Positions 38,620-47,906 of a stretch of 64,000 bases of DNA are shown piece by piece. Location: the sequence record AP017925.1; one strand, written 5' to 3'. Within the stretch, counting starts at the first letter, position 1. The number at the start of each line of letters is the position of its first letter. A program made the translations under genes and the position numbers. The notes beneath the pieces are model-generated. The model was not told where the DNA came from, searched no databases, and was given only the letters and a program-made list of their open reading frames with translations.

Positions 38620-39774
38620 TTATTTCTTCTTGAACAGGGCGATGGTTGCCGCCACTGCTGATAACACTACAGGCACACACTTAATGAGTTCCATTGTATT
38701 TTTTCTACTGACACTGAGCAGCTCCCCAACTTGCTTCTGCATGTACAGATCGTGTTCCTGAATCAACTTAGCGCGCTCGCGCTGTAGTTTCTCCAAGTCC
38801 TGACCATGTCGCACCTCGCGCAATTGAGCGTCACGCTCCATGTTATCGCGCTCTTGCCTAGCTTTGAGTAAGCCGTTCTCTGCAGCCGTAGCCTTGGATT
38901 CCAATTCCTGAATGCGGACATTGGCCTCCTCGATCTGAACGCTGCGACGATTCAGCAAAGCCTCTTGCTGACTCCCATACAACTTGTACGGAAGTTTTTT
39001 GTCGCTCTCATGCAGATCGAAACGATCAGTCATCAGCTTTTGCGGACCTGTGCCGTTGAGTAAGTTTTTGCTGTACGTGATGTAGATGCCATCCGTTACA
39101 CGTTCGTCCTTACAAGCCACAATGCAGAATGGCTCATCCTCAACTAAGATCCAGCGCGACCCATACGCATCATTGTTATCCACGATGCGGATGTTGATCG
39201 TAAAGTCTCCCTTACGTAAGAACTCATTGTCTTCGCTGATATGCTGGAAAGAGTTGTACGTGTAACCTGCTTTTGAATATGGATGATGAATCCGCTCCAT
39301 ATCCTGTTGGCTCAATCCGTACATAACCACGATATCGTGCTCCTCAAGGTACACAACACCGTCGTTCTCCATCAGTTGCATTAGACTTAACCCACTCATT
39401 ACCTCTACCGAGTACCGCTCGACTGTGGGTGGCTCGCCCGACCAGTTACTCAGTATCGCTCGATGTTGCGCGTGTCGCATCGAGTTCGGAGTGCTTCTGG
39501 CTTGGCGGATGTATTCCGATTTGGTTTCTGGTGTGCATTGTACTTGCTCGCAGATGAATAAGAAGTCCGGATCAAATACTCGCGATTCATTGCGTGGATT
39601 GATCGGAGTGAGAAAGCCTGATCGATCCCGAATGTAAACCACATCCGGGAACCGATTGACGAAGAATTTGGTCCGTTCGCAGTCCACTTTTCTTCGCCGC
39701 TCATTCAGCTGATCATAAGTCAGCTGTTTGACGTGGTCGAGGTAAAGTCTCTTCATTTGTTCGCCGGGGTTCAT
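38620..39774 (-). CDS. Conserved jumbo-phage protein (gp122-like position)
   Basis: 384 aa with C-terminal coiled coil and hydrophobic tail; RBS GGAAA. Confidence 0.65.
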   Translation of the reverse strand: MNPGEQMKRLYLDHVKQLTYDQLNERRRKVDCERTKFFVNRFPDVVYIRDRSGFLTPINPRNESRVFDPDFLFICEQVQCTPETKSEYIRQARSTPNSMRHAQHRAILSNWSGEPPTVERYSVEVMSGLSLMQLMENDGVVYLEEHDIVVMYGLSQQDMERIHHPYSKAGYTYNSFQHISEDNEFLRKGDFTINIRIVDNNDAYGSRWILVEDEPFCIVACKDERVTDGIYITYSKNLLNGTGPQKLMTDRFDLHESDKKLPYKLYGSQQEALLNRRSVQIEEANVRIQELESKATAAENGLLKARQERDNMERDAQLREVRHGQDLEKLQRERAKLIQEHDLYMQKQVGELLSVSRKNTMELIKCVPVVLSAVAATIALFKKK

Positions 39775-39814
39775 GATCTATGGTTTCCTATCTGTAGCAC
39801 GTCATCTTCAGATA

Positions 39815-39846
39815 CGAGAAGACCATAGACCTTCTCGTTGGTCTAT
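39815..39846 (-). promoter_or_regulatory. Possible H-type pseudoknot in the 5' leader
   Basis: Minus strand ATAGAC-CAA-CGAGAAG-GTCTAT-GGT-CTTCTCG gives interlocked 6-bp and 7-bp stems. Confidence 0.4.
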
Positions 39847-39877
39847 TTGGCAGCCTTTGATAGCTGTCACTCACATT

Positions 39878-39887
39878 GGTAATATGT
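39878..39887 (-). promoter_or_regulatory. Early-type promoter motif ACATATTACC
   Basis: Exact 10-mer also at 47135, 58319 and 63287, always intergenic upstream of minus-strand genes; contains the phiKZ early consensus TATTAC. Confidence 0.7.
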
Positions 39888-39926
39888 GTCCATTATAGAT
39901 TTCATTCTAACGAGAAATTTCACGAC

Positions 39927-39980
39927 GGCATAAATAGCAAAATAAAAAGAGAGGAGGCCGAAGCCTCCTCTCTTTGTGCT
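39927..39980 (-). terminator. Terminator downstream of the major capsid gene
   Basis: AAAGAGAGGAGGC-CGAA-GCCTCCTCTCTTT stem with GGCATAA flank. Confidence 0.8.
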
Positions 39981-40056
39981 GTGCCTCTCGGCCGGAACCC
40001 CTTAACCATTAGGCTCCGAACTCATTGAAGCCATCAGGGCTAGTGTTCCCGATCCT

Positions 40057-42216
40057 TCACGGAGTCGTGGTGGTGTTCAGCGAACCAGTAACCACAACCG
40101 GCACGCGGCTGTCGACGGTCGACGGAATACCAGTCACGGTGATCTCCAGCAGGATCGGCAGGTTGGTGATGTGGCGGAACGCCGGCTGAACGGTCAGTTC
40201 CTTGCTGTTCGCACCGTTACGGTGGATCGGCAGTACCACGGTCACTTCCGGCTTCCATGCCATGTTACCGAAGTGCAGCGGGTGCGGAATGCCGTCGGCA
40301 GCGCCCTTCACACCGAAGGTGATGAAGATCTTGCCGTGCATGCGCTCGTTCTGCGTGTCCACGATCATGACGTCTTCGAAGCCGCCACCGATGGTACGCA
40401 GATCGCCAGCAACCTGCAGGTAACGAGCCAGGGTCTGGTCGGTGCCGATGATCACGACCGGCTTGGCGCTTTCGCCACCAGCCAGCATGTCAGCCGCAGC
40501 CTTGTAGCCCGAGAGCTGGTAGGCACGGAAGACCATGTCACGGATCACGTTGATCAGGGTAGCCTGGATGTTGGCAGCCAGTTCAGCGCTGTTGCGGGTC
40601 TGCACGGTCGAGTCGACCTTGATTTCCTGCTCTTCGTAGAAGGCAGTGATCAGGTGGCGAGCGATACCCAGCACCATCAGGTTGTCGCCCAGCGGACGAC
40701 GGCCTTCTTGCACCAGAGCCTTCAGGGTGTCGGCAGCATCGAACAGCTCGTCCACGGCCTTGCCCGATGCCATCGCACGGGTCAGGGTCACCAGGGAAGC
40801 CAGATCGCTGGCATCGGTCGTGTCGTTCAGGCCTTGCGGGCGCTTCACGGTGAACGGCGACAGCAGCGGCACGGCGTAAGCCTGCACGTCCTGACGAGTT
40901 TCCAGCATCTGGCCGATCGAGCGACGGTTCAGGTTGGTACGACGAGCGTCCAGGCGATAGCCGATCACTTGCGCGTCGTTGAACAGAGCCACGATGGCGG
41001 CGTAAGCCGGCGAGGACGGCAGAGCAACGTCGCCGTTCTGGTCGATGATCTTGTCGATGCGCACAGCGGAAGCGTTCAGCTCGGTGTCACCCTTGTCGCG
41101 AACGACGGAGCCGGTAACGGTGGTCTTGATGTACACGACCAGGTTGCCGTCAACCACGGGCTTCAGGGTATCCAGAGCAGCGCCAGCCACGTTCAGAGTG
41201 GTCGGACCCACGCTCAGAGCAGCGGTTTCCAGACGCACGTCCATGCGCTGCTGGTCACCCTGAACCGGGTAGTGGAACTGAGCACCCGGCAGGTGGGTCG
41301 TCGGGAATTCCAGCACGTCGTTGCCGACCTTGATCACGACGGACTTCAACAGGATGTCCGTGTCGATCGAATCGGTTTCGTCCATGTGACCCTGGTCCAG
41401 CTGCAGATCGGTCTGCGACAGGTCGATCAGGTCGAACACCTTGCCGATGGCCAGCGGTGCGGTCTGCACTTGTTCGCCGTTCACGTCGGTCGTGATCGGA
41501 GCGACCAGAGCGGTGTCAACGAAGAACTGCTTGTAGCCGTCGCGGTACACCGGAGCGATCTTGGTCGAGGTGCTGTTGATCAGGCCCGGATTACGGATCA
41601 CGTTGACGATGTTGTGGCGGTTCCAGTTGTCCAGTTCGCCGGTGGCCTTACGGCGCACGCCGTTGATCAGGTTCACCAGGTTCAGGTGGATGTGGTAGCC
41701 TTGCTGGTCGGGAGCCACGACCACGGTCGGGTAGAAGGCTTCGCCGAACGCGTCTTGGCGAGCAGCTTGCAGGTTGTACGCCACGGTGTACACGGCAGCG
41801 GCGCGGTTTTCCTTCTCGTCGTACGATTCCAGCGCCGGAGCGATACGATCGATACCACCGGTAGCGGCCATCGCACCCGGGACGTTGGACATGTTGCTGT
41901 TGCGCAGGAACGCACCGATATCGCCGGTGATGGCGCCAGCCATCACAGCAGCTTCGCGTTGAGCCGAGGTCAGGTCGGCTTCGAGGCCGGCGACGACGTT
42001 GGTCAGGCTGTCGATGGACATTTGCAGATCGGAAGCGGCGACGGCATCGTCAGCGAACGATTCCAGGCCCAGAGCCAGGCCAGCGCCCTTGGCGGAAACC
42101 AGGGAGTCACGGCCGGACAGACGCATGTTGGAGGCAACGGCCTCGATGGTAGCTTCCAGTTGGGTCGATGCACCGCTGCCATTCTTGGCAGCAAACAGCT
42201 TTTTGAGTTGAGACAT
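40057..42216 (-). CDS. Major capsid protein (phiKZ gp120-like)
   Basis: 719 aa; extreme codon bias; GLES/ALESYD protease-type sites; YNLQAARQDAFGEAFYPTVVV and LHFGNMAWKPE motifs. Confidence 0.9.
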   Translation of the reverse strand: MSQLKKLFAAKNGSGASTQLEATIEAVASNMRLSGRDSLVSAKGAGLALGLESFADDAVAASDLQMSIDSLTNVVAGLEADLTSAQREAAVMAGAITGDIGAFLRNSNMSNVPGAMAATGGIDRIAPALESYDEKENRAAAVYTVAYNLQAARQDAFGEAFYPTVVVAPDQQGYHIHLNLVNLINGVRRKATGELDNWNRHNIVNVIRNPGLINSTSTKIAPVYRDGYKQFFVDTALVAPITTDVNGEQVQTAPLAIGKVFDLIDLSQTDLQLDQGHMDETDSIDTDILLKSVVIKVGNDVLEFPTTHLPGAQFHYPVQGDQQRMDVRLETAALSVGPTTLNVAGAALDTLKPVVDGNLVVYIKTTVTGSVVRDKGDTELNASAVRIDKIIDQNGDVALPSSPAYAAIVALFNDAQVIGYRLDARRTNLNRRSIGQMLETRQDVQAYAVPLLSPFTVKRPQGLNDTTDASDLASLVTLTRAMASGKAVDELFDAADTLKALVQEGRRPLGDNLMVLGIARHLITAFYEEQEIKVDSTVQTRNSAELAANIQATLINVIRDMVFRAYQLSGYKAAADMLAGGESAKPVVIIGTDQTLARYLQVAGDLRTIGGGFEDVMIVDTQNERMHGKIFITFGVKGAADGIPHPLHFGNMAWKPEVTVVLPIHRNGANSKELTVQPAFRHITNLPILLEITVTGIPSTVDSRVPVVVTGSLNTTTTP

Positions 42217-42265
42217 TTCTCGGTTTTCCTAGGAAAAAAGGGTGATGTAATTACAGGATCGATCG

Positions 42266-42829
42266 TTAATGCATTAACGACTCAATGTAGGCCTGGCCCA
42301 CGGGACGAGACACCAACTCGTGGTAATCTTCATACACATAGAGCTGTTTAGCCATACACCGAAGCAAGTTGATCGAATTCTTCACGTGCTCTGCCAGAGT
42401 AAACCCCTGCTTCAGCACGACAGCGATCGCGAGATCACCCATCAGAGATACTTCAAAAGTCTCTGCAGGCGGCACGTAACCGGCCGATACCGAAACAGCT
42501 GAAGACGGTTCAACCACCAAACGACGCAAGGTCTCTTCTTGCGTGAGTTCAGAAGCAGCGAGGGCAGCGATGTCCGTAATGGCTTGTTGAACACGCGCAT
42601 CGCTTGCCGAAGCAAGCCAACGAGCGGTCCACGAGATCGTATCAGATCCTACGCCATTGCCGGCAAAAAGTTGGGCTTGGTAGCCCAGTGCTGCAAGACT
42701 CGTGAGGTCTTCAGTGGAAAAGAACGGGCGAATCCTTTCAAATGATAGGAGATCTTCCGTCTTGAGGCTGTTGCGCTTCAAAACAGGGATGATCCACCAC
42801 GGAATGAAAGCGAATTGTTTCTCTTGCAT
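42266..42829 (-). CDS. Conserved jumbo-phage protein (gp119-like position)
   Basis: 187-aa ORF between the capsid and DnaB genes. Confidence 0.6.
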   Translation of the reverse strand: MQEKQFAFIPWWIIPVLKRNSLKTEDLLSFERIRPFFSTEDLTSLAALGYQAQLFAGNGVGSDTISWTARWLASASDARVQQAITDIAALAASELTQEETLRRLVVEPSSAVSVSAGYVPPAETFEVSLMGDLAIAVVLKQGFTLAEHVKNSINLLRCMAKQLYVYEDYHELVSRPVGQAYIESLMH

Positions 42830-42929
42830 ATTAATGGTGTCTTTTTTACCGGATTAAATCCGCAAAATAAAAGGGAGTCGTCACAGCGAACGTACCGCGA
42901 CGACTCGACGGTAGTGTTTTAGGCTGCTC

Positions 42930-42940
42930 AAATAATTACC
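42930..42940 (+). promoter_or_regulatory. Middle-type promoter-like motif AAATAATTACC upstream of DnaB
   Basis: Resembles the phiKZ middle consensus AAAATTACC; lies in the divergent intergenic region. Confidence 0.4.
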
Positions 42941-43053
42941 GCACTTACGTACGCTAGTTAGAAAAAACTCCTCTTGCCTTTTTGTATGTAGGCAGAGCTA
43001 AGAGTCTGCCAGCCGTTTACCATCATTCACCATAAGAACAGTCGTCAGCCATC

Positions 43054-44589
43054 ATGAAAGATATTCTGCTCCTCATTCGTGCGATCACCTTGTTGTTCCG
43101 CGAAAGTCAGCTGGACATCGGTGCGACCAGCTCGCCCGAGATTGTTAAAGAAGTAGCGGAGACCGTCAAGCCGCCTGAGATGGCTGTCGGGTCTAGCGAT
43201 AATGATCGTGACATGGTCATGGGACTCCGTTCCATTGCCGTTGGCATGGCCACCAACCCGGAAGGCACAAAATACGTTGCAGACGACCTCCTGCAACGCG
43301 TACGTCTGCTGACTCGCCATGACGAGTCGCTGTACGACTCGCTGAAGGAAGGCATCGTCGGCGAGATGTCGGAAGAGTCGCTGAAACTCATCACTGGCAA
43401 TATCCGTCAAGAACTCAATGTGTATCTGCGCGAGGTACAGGCTCTCAACATCATTAAAGAGAACTCGCGCAAAGCTTCGTTCGATCGCGACAGCATTGGT
43501 AACCTGCCAGAATTCATCGCAAACTTCCGTGCAGCGCTGGAACAGTACGAAACGAACGTCAAAGAGAAAGATCCTGCCATCGTTGGTGAAGTCAAGGTCA
43601 GTGACGGTGACCGTGTTGAAGCCGTGTTCCAGCAAGCCAAAGAGCTGAACAACGAAGACGGCATTATGAAAACCGGTTGGCAAGCGCTCAACCGTATGTT
43701 GCAAGGTGGTTTCCGGCGTGGCGAAGAGTGTGTGATCGGTGCACTCCAGCACAACTTCAAGACAGGCTTCACGCTGTCTCTCTTCAAACAGATCGCTCTG
43801 TACAACGTACCGTACATGATCGATAAGAAGAAGAAGCCATTGCTGTTGCGCATTACCTTCGAAGATCCGCTGAGCCTGAACTTCCCGTTCCTCTTCCGCA
43901 ACATTAAAGAGAACGAGACTGGTGAACACGCCAATGTGGTAAATACACCAGTGGAAGAGATGGCAGCTTTCGTACAAGAGAAGCTGACCGTCAACGGCTA
44001 CGAGATCATGATGGTGCACGTGAACCCGTCGATGTGGGGTTACCGTGATATCCAGAACTATGTTCTGTCCCTAGAAGCCGAAGGTTACGAGATTCACATG
44101 CTGATGCTGGACTACCTGAACATGGTAGACAAGCGTGGTCTCGATAATACTGGTCCGACTGGTTCGAACATCCGTGATCTCTTCCGTCGTATGCGGAACT
44201 TCTGTGCGCCGCGCAAGATCACTCTGATCACGCCGCACCAGCTGTCGACCGAAGCGAAGATGTTGATTCGCCAAGGCAACGAAGAGTCGTTCGTGAAGGA
44301 CATTGCGAACAAGGGCTACTACGACAGTTGCCGCACACTGGATCAAGAGGTAGATCTTGAGATCTATATTCACATTGTGAAAGCGGACGGCAAATCGTGG
44401 CTCACGATACAACGCGGAAAACACAGGCTAATTCAACAGACTAAAGAGGAATACAAGTTCTGTGTCTTGCCTTTCGAGGACATCGGGGATATCAGAGACG
44501 ACGTGAATGGTAAGGACACGTCGAGGAAGAAACCCGCTGGCCCAATGGATGGTGAAAAGCCTGGCTTCTGGGACTTTGATCCGCTGTAA
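43054..44589 (+). CDS. dnaB: DnaB-like replicative helicase
   Basis: TGWQALN.ML.GG; variant Walker A GALQHNFKT; LDYL; HQLS; RGKHR finger. Confidence 0.9.
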   Translation: MKDILLLIRAITLLFRESQLDIGATSSPEIVKEVAETVKPPEMAVGSSDNDRDMVMGLRSIAVGMATNPEGTKYVADDLLQRVRLLTRHDESLYDSLKEGIVGEMSEESLKLITGNIRQELNVYLREVQALNIIKENSRKASFDRDSIGNLPEFIANFRAALEQYETNVKEKDPAIVGEVKVSDGDRVEAVFQQAKELNNEDGIMKTGWQALNRMLQGGFRRGEECVIGALQHNFKTGFTLSLFKQIALYNVPYMIDKKKKPLLLRITFEDPLSLNFPFLFRNIKENETGEHANVVNTPVEEMAAFVQEKLTVNGYEIMMVHVNPSMWGYRDIQNYVLSLEAEGYEIHMLMLDYLNMVDKRGLDNTGPTGSNIRDLFRRMRNFCAPRKITLITPHQLSTEAKMLIRQGNEESFVKDIANKGYYDSCRTLDQEVDLEIYIHIVKADGKSWLTIQRGKHRLIQQTKEEYKFCVLPFEDIGDIRDDVNGKDTSRKKPAGPMDGEKPGFWDFDPL

Positions 44590-44608
44590 GAGGCAAAAAA
44601 AAAATAGT

Positions 44609-44648
44609 GGCATAAAGAGCGAGGGCCGTAAGGCCCTCGCTTATGCTG
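44609..44648. terminator. Bidirectional terminator
   Basis: GGCATAAAG..GCGAGGGCC-GTAA-GGCCCTCGC-TTATGC. Confidence 0.85.
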
Positions 44649-44649
44649 C

Positions 44650-45441
44650 TTATTTAGCAGCGATATCTTTGAAAGACTCGCCTCGAAAGACTCTCAGATA
44701 AGTTCTACCTTTATCTAAGCCGAGCAAGCCGCACCACCACTCCAACGGATGAGTCTGCTCGTCTTCCTTCAATCCAGACGTAGAGAAAGTTATTTCTCTT
44801 TCAGCCATAGCTTTAGAAACAACCTTCTCGAAAGACCAACCGAGCTTATGAATACGTTGCCAGATAGTGCTATGCGATAAGCCAAGCGCCCGACACCAAT
44901 CGGGTAGTGTCATTTTCCAGCCATGAAATTCGTAGTAGATGCTGCTACGTCTATTATTGGCTTGTTCGGTGCGAGTTGCCCACTTGCAATTGGATTTACG
45001 GTACGGGCCATTATTGTCTTCTCGCTCGATGGAATACTCGGACGAAGGGCGCGGACCCATATCGTGCAAGAAAGTTTCGAAGCTTTCCTTCCATTCATCC
45101 GACATCGTGATTCCGCGAGCCCCGTAGTCTTTATAAGACGGCGACTTTGGATCGTAGCAGCGAAGCTTGATAGTGTTCCATACCTTGTATTCTGGATACG
45201 CACAGTAGCCGTGTTTGGTGTTGGTATCTTTCGTTACTTCAATTGCGAGACAACCACAGCTATTTGTGTAACCAGCGTTCAAATGAGAAGTTTGCGGTTT
45301 GATGGTATTTCCGCATCCTCCTAGTTCTGGATCACACAGGCATTCCCAGAGGATCTTTCCATGCTCATTCCTTTCAGGAAGTTTACGGAGGACTCTGAGC
45401 CTCCCAAAGGTTTTGTTGCTGAGATCGATGGCTGCTGGCAT
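44650..45441 (-). mobile_element. Free-standing HNH-type homing endonuclease gene
   Basis: DLSNKTFGRL.V, W.C.CD..CG, SCGC, Y.VW..IK.RC, YGARGI, SIER.DNNGPY..SNCKWAT..EQANNRR; more AT-rich than its neighbours. Confidence 0.85.
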
Positions 45442-45532
45442 GATAAGTTCGCATAAGCTGGCGGAGGTAACTCCGAAACGATAGATTAAGCATGAGAGTA
45501 AATACTCTCTAGAAAAAATAAGTGCAGTAGCA

Positions 45533-45576
45533 GCATAAGCGAGAGAGGCCGGGTGGCCTCTCTCGCTTTTATGTCG
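45533..45576. terminator. Hairpin terminator
   Basis: GCATAAGCGAGAGAGGCC-GGGT-GGCCTCTCTCGCTTTTATGTCG. Confidence 0.8.
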
Positions 45577-45580
45577 CTGA

Positions 45581-46156
45581 TTACTTCTTCAACGATGCAT
45601 TGAGTTCGTCAACGACCTTACGGACTTTGTCTTCATCCATGTAGTCGTAACCGCTCAGCTTGTCGACGTGGATGCTGATGCTGTAACCGAACTCACCATG
45701 GCCGAACGTCTTGCGTTCGAGTGAGAAGCTCGTGATCTTCGCCGGAGCTTCCTCGATAGAACGTGTGTCGTTCAAAGCGTCAGCGTATGCCTTTAACCCA
45801 GCCACTGGCATATCTCCGACTACGCTCTTAGGTGGAAGGTAATCCGCATCTTCGAGCACGATGTACGGCGTTGCATCGTTGGACGTACTCGGGGACTCGT
45901 TGGTCAGGCGATCAGCGGCTTCGAGGATCTCTGGGCATGCCGACCTGTCGCCGTTCATAGCTGCATTGAACATTGCCGCCGACTCAAGTAGCGATACCGA
46001 ACCCGGCAGAATATCCAGCATTTCCGGAGCGGTCTCCAGCCAGAGCATGACGGGTTCGCCGGCAGCGTCAGTGTCAGGCCAGCTCTTAATCAGTTCCTTG
46101 AGGTCTTTTACCGAGATGCCTTCAGGGAATACTTGCGGGAATTGTTCGACGGTCAT
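45581..46156 (-). CDS. Hypothetical protein (191 aa)
   Basis: RBS AGGAGAG. Confidence 0.65.
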   Translation of the reverse strand: MTVEQFPQVFPEGISVKDLKELIKSWPDTDAAGEPVMLWLETAPEMLDILPGSVSLLESAAMFNAAMNGDRSACPEILEAADRLTNESPSTSNDATPYIVLEDADYLPPKSVVGDMPVAGLKAYADALNDTRSIEEAPAKITSFSLERKTFGHGEFGYSISIHVDKLSGYDYMDEDKVRKVVDELNASLKK

Positions 46157-46246
46157 GACTCTCTCCTAACTATGGTTTATGTTTACTGCTCTGATAATGA
46201 AGAACGGCTTAGAGAGGGTAGGCCCTCTCTACGCAATTCTCACGCA

Positions 46247-46594
46247 TTACATCGGGGTGAGGTTGTACTTGACCATGTAGCGTTCGATCTCCATGTTGCG
46301 GTCGCTGAGGTTGTCGTAGAAGCAAACGCTGTCATTGCCGCATTGTTTCTCGACCTCCTTGAGCCACTTTTTGTGGAACTTAGGGATGACGTCCTTCTCG
46401 TTCTGCGGGACGTTGCTGGACGACATGATGCGGCTGTAGTTGCCCTTCATGCGAGTCATGCCACCGTTGATGGCCAGGTTGTAGCAGTTGTCATACTCGC
46501 GCTGGTCTTGCTTGGCTTCGCACATCGAGTTGCGCATGGCGAAGGACTGGGTGCTGATTGCTGCAAGGATGAGGACTGCGAAAAGCTTTTTCAT
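46247..46594 (-). CDS. Secreted LprI/DUF1311-like protein
   Basis: Signal peptide MKKLFAVLILAAISTQSFA; C-x11-C...W..E..K.C-x5-C..R pattern; RBS AGGAGA. Confidence 0.6.
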   Translation of the reverse strand: MKKLFAVLILAAISTQSFAMRNSMCEAKQDQREYDNCYNLAINGGMTRMKGNYSRIMSSSNVPQNEKDVIPKFHKKWLKEVEKQCGNDSVCFYDNLSDRNMEIERYMVKYNLTPM

Positions 46595-46672
46595 GATGAA
46601 TCTCCTAGATGACAAAAAAGAAAGCAGAGAGGACATCCTCTCTGCTCTATGCTGCGATTGCGATGGTGCGGG

Positions 46673-47098
46673 TTAAGCGGCGAGACGCTCGCGCAGCTTA
46701 GCCATGTCTTGTTGATCGAGAGCAAGCTTCTCGACGTGTTCCGGCGGCCGCTGGATGTTTTCCTTTTGGATCAGGATCTCAGCCGCCGAGTAGCAGCAGA
46801 CACCATTTACCACGACGTACTTCTTGTCGGGACTGATGCCACGATGCAGGGCGTAATCACCATAGGCGATGTATTCGCCCATAATCGTGGTGCGAACTTC
46901 AGCGCCTTCATAGCGGCAGAGCTTGCGCTTGATCTGATCGTAGAGTTCTTCCGAGATGTCCAGATCCAGGTCTTCGGTTTCTTTGCGCAGACCGATCATC
47001 AGCAGAGCACCACCGGCTGACAGGACCAGTTCCTTGATGGTCAGGCGATGTTGTTTGCGAAAACGCTCGTAAGCTACGATGAGTTCGGATTTGTTCAT
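46673..47098 (-). CDS. Minimal Pol-beta-type nucleotidyltransferase
   Basis: VLSAGGALLMIGLRKETEDLDL matches hG[GS]-x-DhD. Confidence 0.6.
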   Translation of the reverse strand: MNKSELIVAYERFRKQHRLTIKELVLSAGGALLMIGLRKETEDLDLDISEELYDQIKRKLCRYEGAEVRTTIMGEYIAYGDYALHRGISPDKKYVVVNGVCCYSAAEILIQKENIQRPPEHVEKLALDQQDMAKLRERLAA

Positions 47099-47134
47099 GA
47101 GTGTCTTTCAGATCCTAGTGGTTTAACACAAGTT

Positions 47135-47144
47135 GGTAATATGT
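47135..47144 (-). promoter_or_regulatory. Early-type promoter motif ACATATTACC
   Basis: Exact repeat of the motif at 39878, upstream of the NTase gene. Confidence 0.7.
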
Positions 47145-47156
47145 AGCTGACTTTGT

Positions 47157-47357
47157 TTAGGATTTATGGCTCTTAACCGGAACCACGGAATTGCCAGTCC
47201 GGATACCGGTAACGGTGATACCTTTGCGCTTTGCCATCTTGACTTCATTAGCAATGATGGTCTGACGCTCGGACGCGGGAACATTCTTCCAGCCTTCCGG
47301 AGTAACAAGTTCGCCAAGCGCATTGAGGATGAGTTTCTTGTCTTTGGGAGACGCCAT
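47157..47357 (-). CDS. Hypothetical protein (66 aa)
   Basis: RBS AGGAG. Confidence 0.55.
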   Translation of the reverse strand: MASPKDKKLILNALGELVTPEGWKNVPASERQTIIANEVKMAKRKGITVTGIRTGNSVVPVKSHKS

Positions 47358-47466
47358 GTTCCTTACTCCTCAGATGCAGGCCGGGAAGTCCCAGCTCTCG
47401 ATTTCCAGCAGGAGATCAGTCATGCTGATCCAGACGACGTTCGAATTCATTGCGAGACCTTTCTGA

Positions 47467-47835
47467 TCAGTTGAGGCGTTGGTCAGGAACTCCAAACTTA
47501 TATGTTTCCTGGTAAGTAAAGTCCTTGAACTTCTGGATCTGCTCGATGTAGCAGGCGTCGTCTGGATAGCCCAGCTCACCTTTCTTGCAGACGCGGTTGG
47601 CTTCAGCCGAGATAGCTTGGCGCTTGGCTTCGACTTTTTGCTTCACAACTGCAGGAACCTCCTTTGACTCCTGCACTGCGAAGTTGTACTCGTCAGCCTC
47701 TTGCAGGTAGCTGCCGACTAGATTCGACCAGCAATTGGTGCGTTCTGCCTTAGTCGGCAGGGTATCGCAGGTATTGACAGCGAAGGCGCTGGAGGCCGTC
47801 AGAGCGATTACAATCGCTAGGATATAGTTGCGCAT
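47467..47835 (-). CDS. Secreted four-Cys protein, LprI-like paralogue
   Basis: Signal peptide MRNYILAIVIALTASSAFA; C-x11-CW and C-x11-CY cysteine pairs. Confidence 0.55.
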   Translation of the reverse strand: MRNYILAIVIALTASSAFAVNTCDTLPTKAERTNCWSNLVGSYLQEADEYNFAVQESKEVPAVVKQKVEAKRQAISAEANRVCKKGELGYPDDACYIEQIQKFKDFTYQETYKFGVPDQRLN

Positions 47836-47906
47836 GTTGTTCACCTTTTAATCGGCATAGAGAGCAGCCTAGGCTGCTCCTACGGGGTTTTGGAGTGGAT
47901 TTATGT

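Noticed and set aside
40171-42351. 726-aa plus-strand ORF
   Set aside because: Antisense shadow of the major capsid gene caused by strong codon bias; no RBS or protein-like composition.
43054-44589. Possible intein or intron in DnaB (also checked UvsX and the RNAP subunit)
   Set aside because: Sizes are normal, with no C/S...HN splice motifs or interrupted frames.
47370-47579. 69-aa minus-strand ORF
   Set aside because: It overlaps the secreted-protein gene in another frame; at most a 26-aa tail could be real, and that has no clear RBS.
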